Both the position numbers and the translations under genes were made by a program. The notes under the pieces were generated by a model. It saw only the letters and a program-made list of their open reading frames with translations, was not told the DNA's origin and made no database searches. From positions 1-46,514 of the forward strand of contig JAUCBJ010004882.1 of assembly GCA_032718475.1 (NCBI GenBank): a stretch of DNA of 46,514 nt, in the 5' to 3' direction. Below are positions 43,869 to 46,514 of the stretch, piece after piece (the first letter of the stretch is position 1; each line of letters starts with the position of its first letter). The stretch is from Nemertoderma westbladi (taxonomy: Eukaryota; Animalia; Xenacoelomorpha).

Positions 43869-46470
43869 TAAGGACAGTGTAGTGTGGGTCTAACTGATGT
43901 AGAGAAAGTAAGGACAGTGTAGTGTGGGTCTAACTAATGTAGAGAAAGTAAGGACAGTGTAGTGTGGGTCTAACTAATGTAGAGAAAGTAAGGACAGTGT
44001 AGTGTGGGTCTAACTAATGTAGAGAAAGTAAGGACAGTGTAGTGTGGGTCTAACTAATGTAGAGAAAGTAAGGACAGTGTAGTGTGGGTCTAACTAATGT
44101 AGAGAAAGTAAGGACAGTGTAGTGTGGGTCTAACTAATGTAGAGAAAGTAAGGACAGTGTAGTGTGGGTCTAACTAATGTAGAGAAAGTAAGGACAGTGT
44201 AGTGTGGGTCTAACTAATGTAGAGAAAGTAAGGACAGTGTAGTGTGGGTCTAACTAATGTAGAGAAAGTAAGGACAGTGTAGTGTGGGTCTAACTAAGAG
44301 AAAGTAAGGACAGTGTAGTGTGGGTCTAACTAATGTAGAGAAAGTAAGGACAGTGTAGTGTGGGTCTAACTAATGTAGAGAAAGTAAGGACAGTGTAGTG
44401 TGGGTCTAACTAATGTAGAGAAAGTAAGGACAGTGTAGTGTGGGTCTAACTAATGTAGAGAAAGTAAGGACAGTGTAGTGTGGGTCTAACTAATGTAGAG
44501 AAAGTAAGGACAGTGTAGTGTGGGTCTAACTATGTAGAGAAAGTAAGGACAGTGTAGTGTGGGTCTAACTAATGTAGAGAAAGTAAGGACAGTGTAGTGT
44601 GGGTCTAACTAATGTAGAGAAAGTAAGGACAGTGTAGTGTGGGTCTAACTAATGTAGAGAAAGTAAGGACAGTGTAGTGTGGGTCTAACTAATGTAGAGA
44701 AAGTAAGGACAGTGTAGTGTGGGTCTAACTAATGTAGAGAAAGTAAGGACAGTGTAGTGTGGGTCTAACTAATGTAGAGAAAGTAAGGACAGTGTAGTGT
44801 GGGTCTAACTAATGTAGAGAAAGTAAGGACAGTGTAGTGTGGGTCTAACTAATGTAGAGAAAGTAAGGACAGTGTAGTGTGGGTCTAACTAATGTAGAGA
44901 AAGTAAGGACAGTGTAGTGTGGGTCTAACTAAGAGAAAGTAAGGACAGTGTAGTGTGGGTCTAACTAATGTAGAGAAAGTAAGGACAGTGTAGTGTGGGT
45001 CTAACTAATGTAGAGAAAGTAAGGACAGTGTAGTGTGGGTCTAACTAATGTAGAGAAAGTAAGGACAGTGTAGTGTGGGTCTAACTAATGTAGAGAAAGT
45101 AAGGACAGTGTAGTGTGGGTCTAACTAATGTAGAGAAAGTAAGGACAGTGTAGTGTGGGTCTAACTAAGAGTAAAGTAAGGACAGTGTAGTGTGGGTCTA
45201 ACTAATGTAGAGAAAGTAAGGACAGTGTAGTGTGGGTCTAACTAATGTAGAGAAAGTAAGGACAGTGTAGTGTGGGTCTAACTAATGTAGAGAAAGTAAG
45301 GACAGTGTAGTGTGGGTCTAACTAATGTAGAGAAAGTAAGGACAGTGTAGTGTGGGTCTAACTAATGTAGAAAAGTAAGGACAGTGTAGTGTGGGTCTAA
45401 CTAATGTAGAGAAAGTAAGGACAGTGTAGTGTGGGTCTAACTAAGAGAAAGTAAGGACAGTGTAGTGTGGGTCTAACTAATGTAGAGAAAGTAAGGACAG
45501 TGTAGTGTGGGTCTAACTAATGTAGAGAAAGTAAGGACAGTGTAGTGTGGGTCTAACTAAGAGGAAAGTAAGGACAGTGTAGTGTGGGTCTAACTAATGT
45601 AGAGAAAGTAAGGACAGTGTAGTGTGGGTCTAACTAATGTAGAGAAAGTAAGGACAGTGTAGTGTGGGTCTAACTAATGTAGAGAAAGTAAGGACAGTGT
45701 AGTGTGGGTCTAACTAATGTAGAGAAAGTAAGGACAGTGTAGTGTGGGTCTAACTAATGTAGAGAAAGTAAGGACAGTGTAGTGTGGGTCTAACTAATGT
45801 AGAGAAAGTAAGGACAGTGTAGTGTGGGTCTAACTAGAGAGAAAGTAAGGACAGTGTAGTGTGGGTCTAACTAATGTAGAGAAAGTAAGGACAGTGTAGT
45901 GTGGGTCTAACTAATGTAGAGAAAGTAAGGACAGTGTAGTGTGGGTCTAACTAATGTAGAGAAAGTAAGGACAGTGTAGTGTGGGTCTAACTAATGTAGA
46001 GAAAGTAAGGACAGTGTAGTGTGGGTCTAACTAATGTAGAGAAAGTAAGGACAGTGTAGTGTGGGTCTAACTAATGTAGAGAAAGTAAGGACAGTGTAGT
46101 GTGGGTCTAACTAATGTAGAGAAAGTAAGGACAGTGTAGTGTGGGTCTAACTAATGTAGAGAAAGTAAGGACAGTGTAGTGTGGGTCTAACTAATGTAGA
46201 GAAAGTAAGGACAGTGTAGTGTGGGTCTAACTAATGTAGAGAAAGTAAGGACAGTGTAGTGTGGGTCTAACTAATGTAGAGAAAGTAAGGACAGTGTAGT
46301 GTGGGTCTAACTAATGTAGAGAAAGTAAGGACAGTGTAGTGTGGGTCTAACTAATGTAGAGAAAGTAAGGACAGTGTAGTGTGGGTCTAACTAATGTAGA
46401 GAAAGTAAGGACAGTGTAGTGTGGGTCTAACTAATGTAGAGAAAGTAAGGACAGTGTAGTGTGGGTCTAA
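43869..46470. repeat. Satellite 4 (40-bp unit), about 65 nearly identical copies
   Basis: Tandem AAGGACAGTGTAGTGTGGGTCTAACTAATGTAGAGAAAGT with only a few short-deletion variants. Confidence 0.99.
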
Positions 46471-46514
46471 AATATAGTGTAAGCACCTTTTATTCCATTT
46501 TAGTAAATCCAATG

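Overview
This is an AT-rich eukaryotic, most likely invertebrate animal, genomic window dominated by repeats. It holds three intronless genes: a KIF19-type kinesin-8 (22277..25099, +), ODR4 (33916..35280, -) and an SLC18B1-like MFS transporter (39397..40680, -). There is also a probable orphan terminal exon ending in a CaaX box (18737..19018). About half the window is four unrelated tandem arrays with 43/44-, 23-, 20- and 40-bp units. Three of these arrays are each interrupted by a different class of mobile element: an RTE-type retrotransposon, a 72-bp-TIR MITE and a hAT-type element with an 8-bp TSD. The RTE family has two young, near-identical 5'-truncated copies (one with a 56-bp target-site duplication) and one old copy. 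Other elements include a decayed second LINE, a Tc1-like relic, several foldback MITEs, probable Tc1/mariner excision footprints, and a 31-bp-periodic E-box/CCAAT motif array plus an RFX X-box upstream of KIF19. I found no CRISPR array or prokaryotic system, and the long repetitive ORFs are satellite translation artefacts. All alignments were done by eye, and family assignments come from recalled motifs, not database searches.
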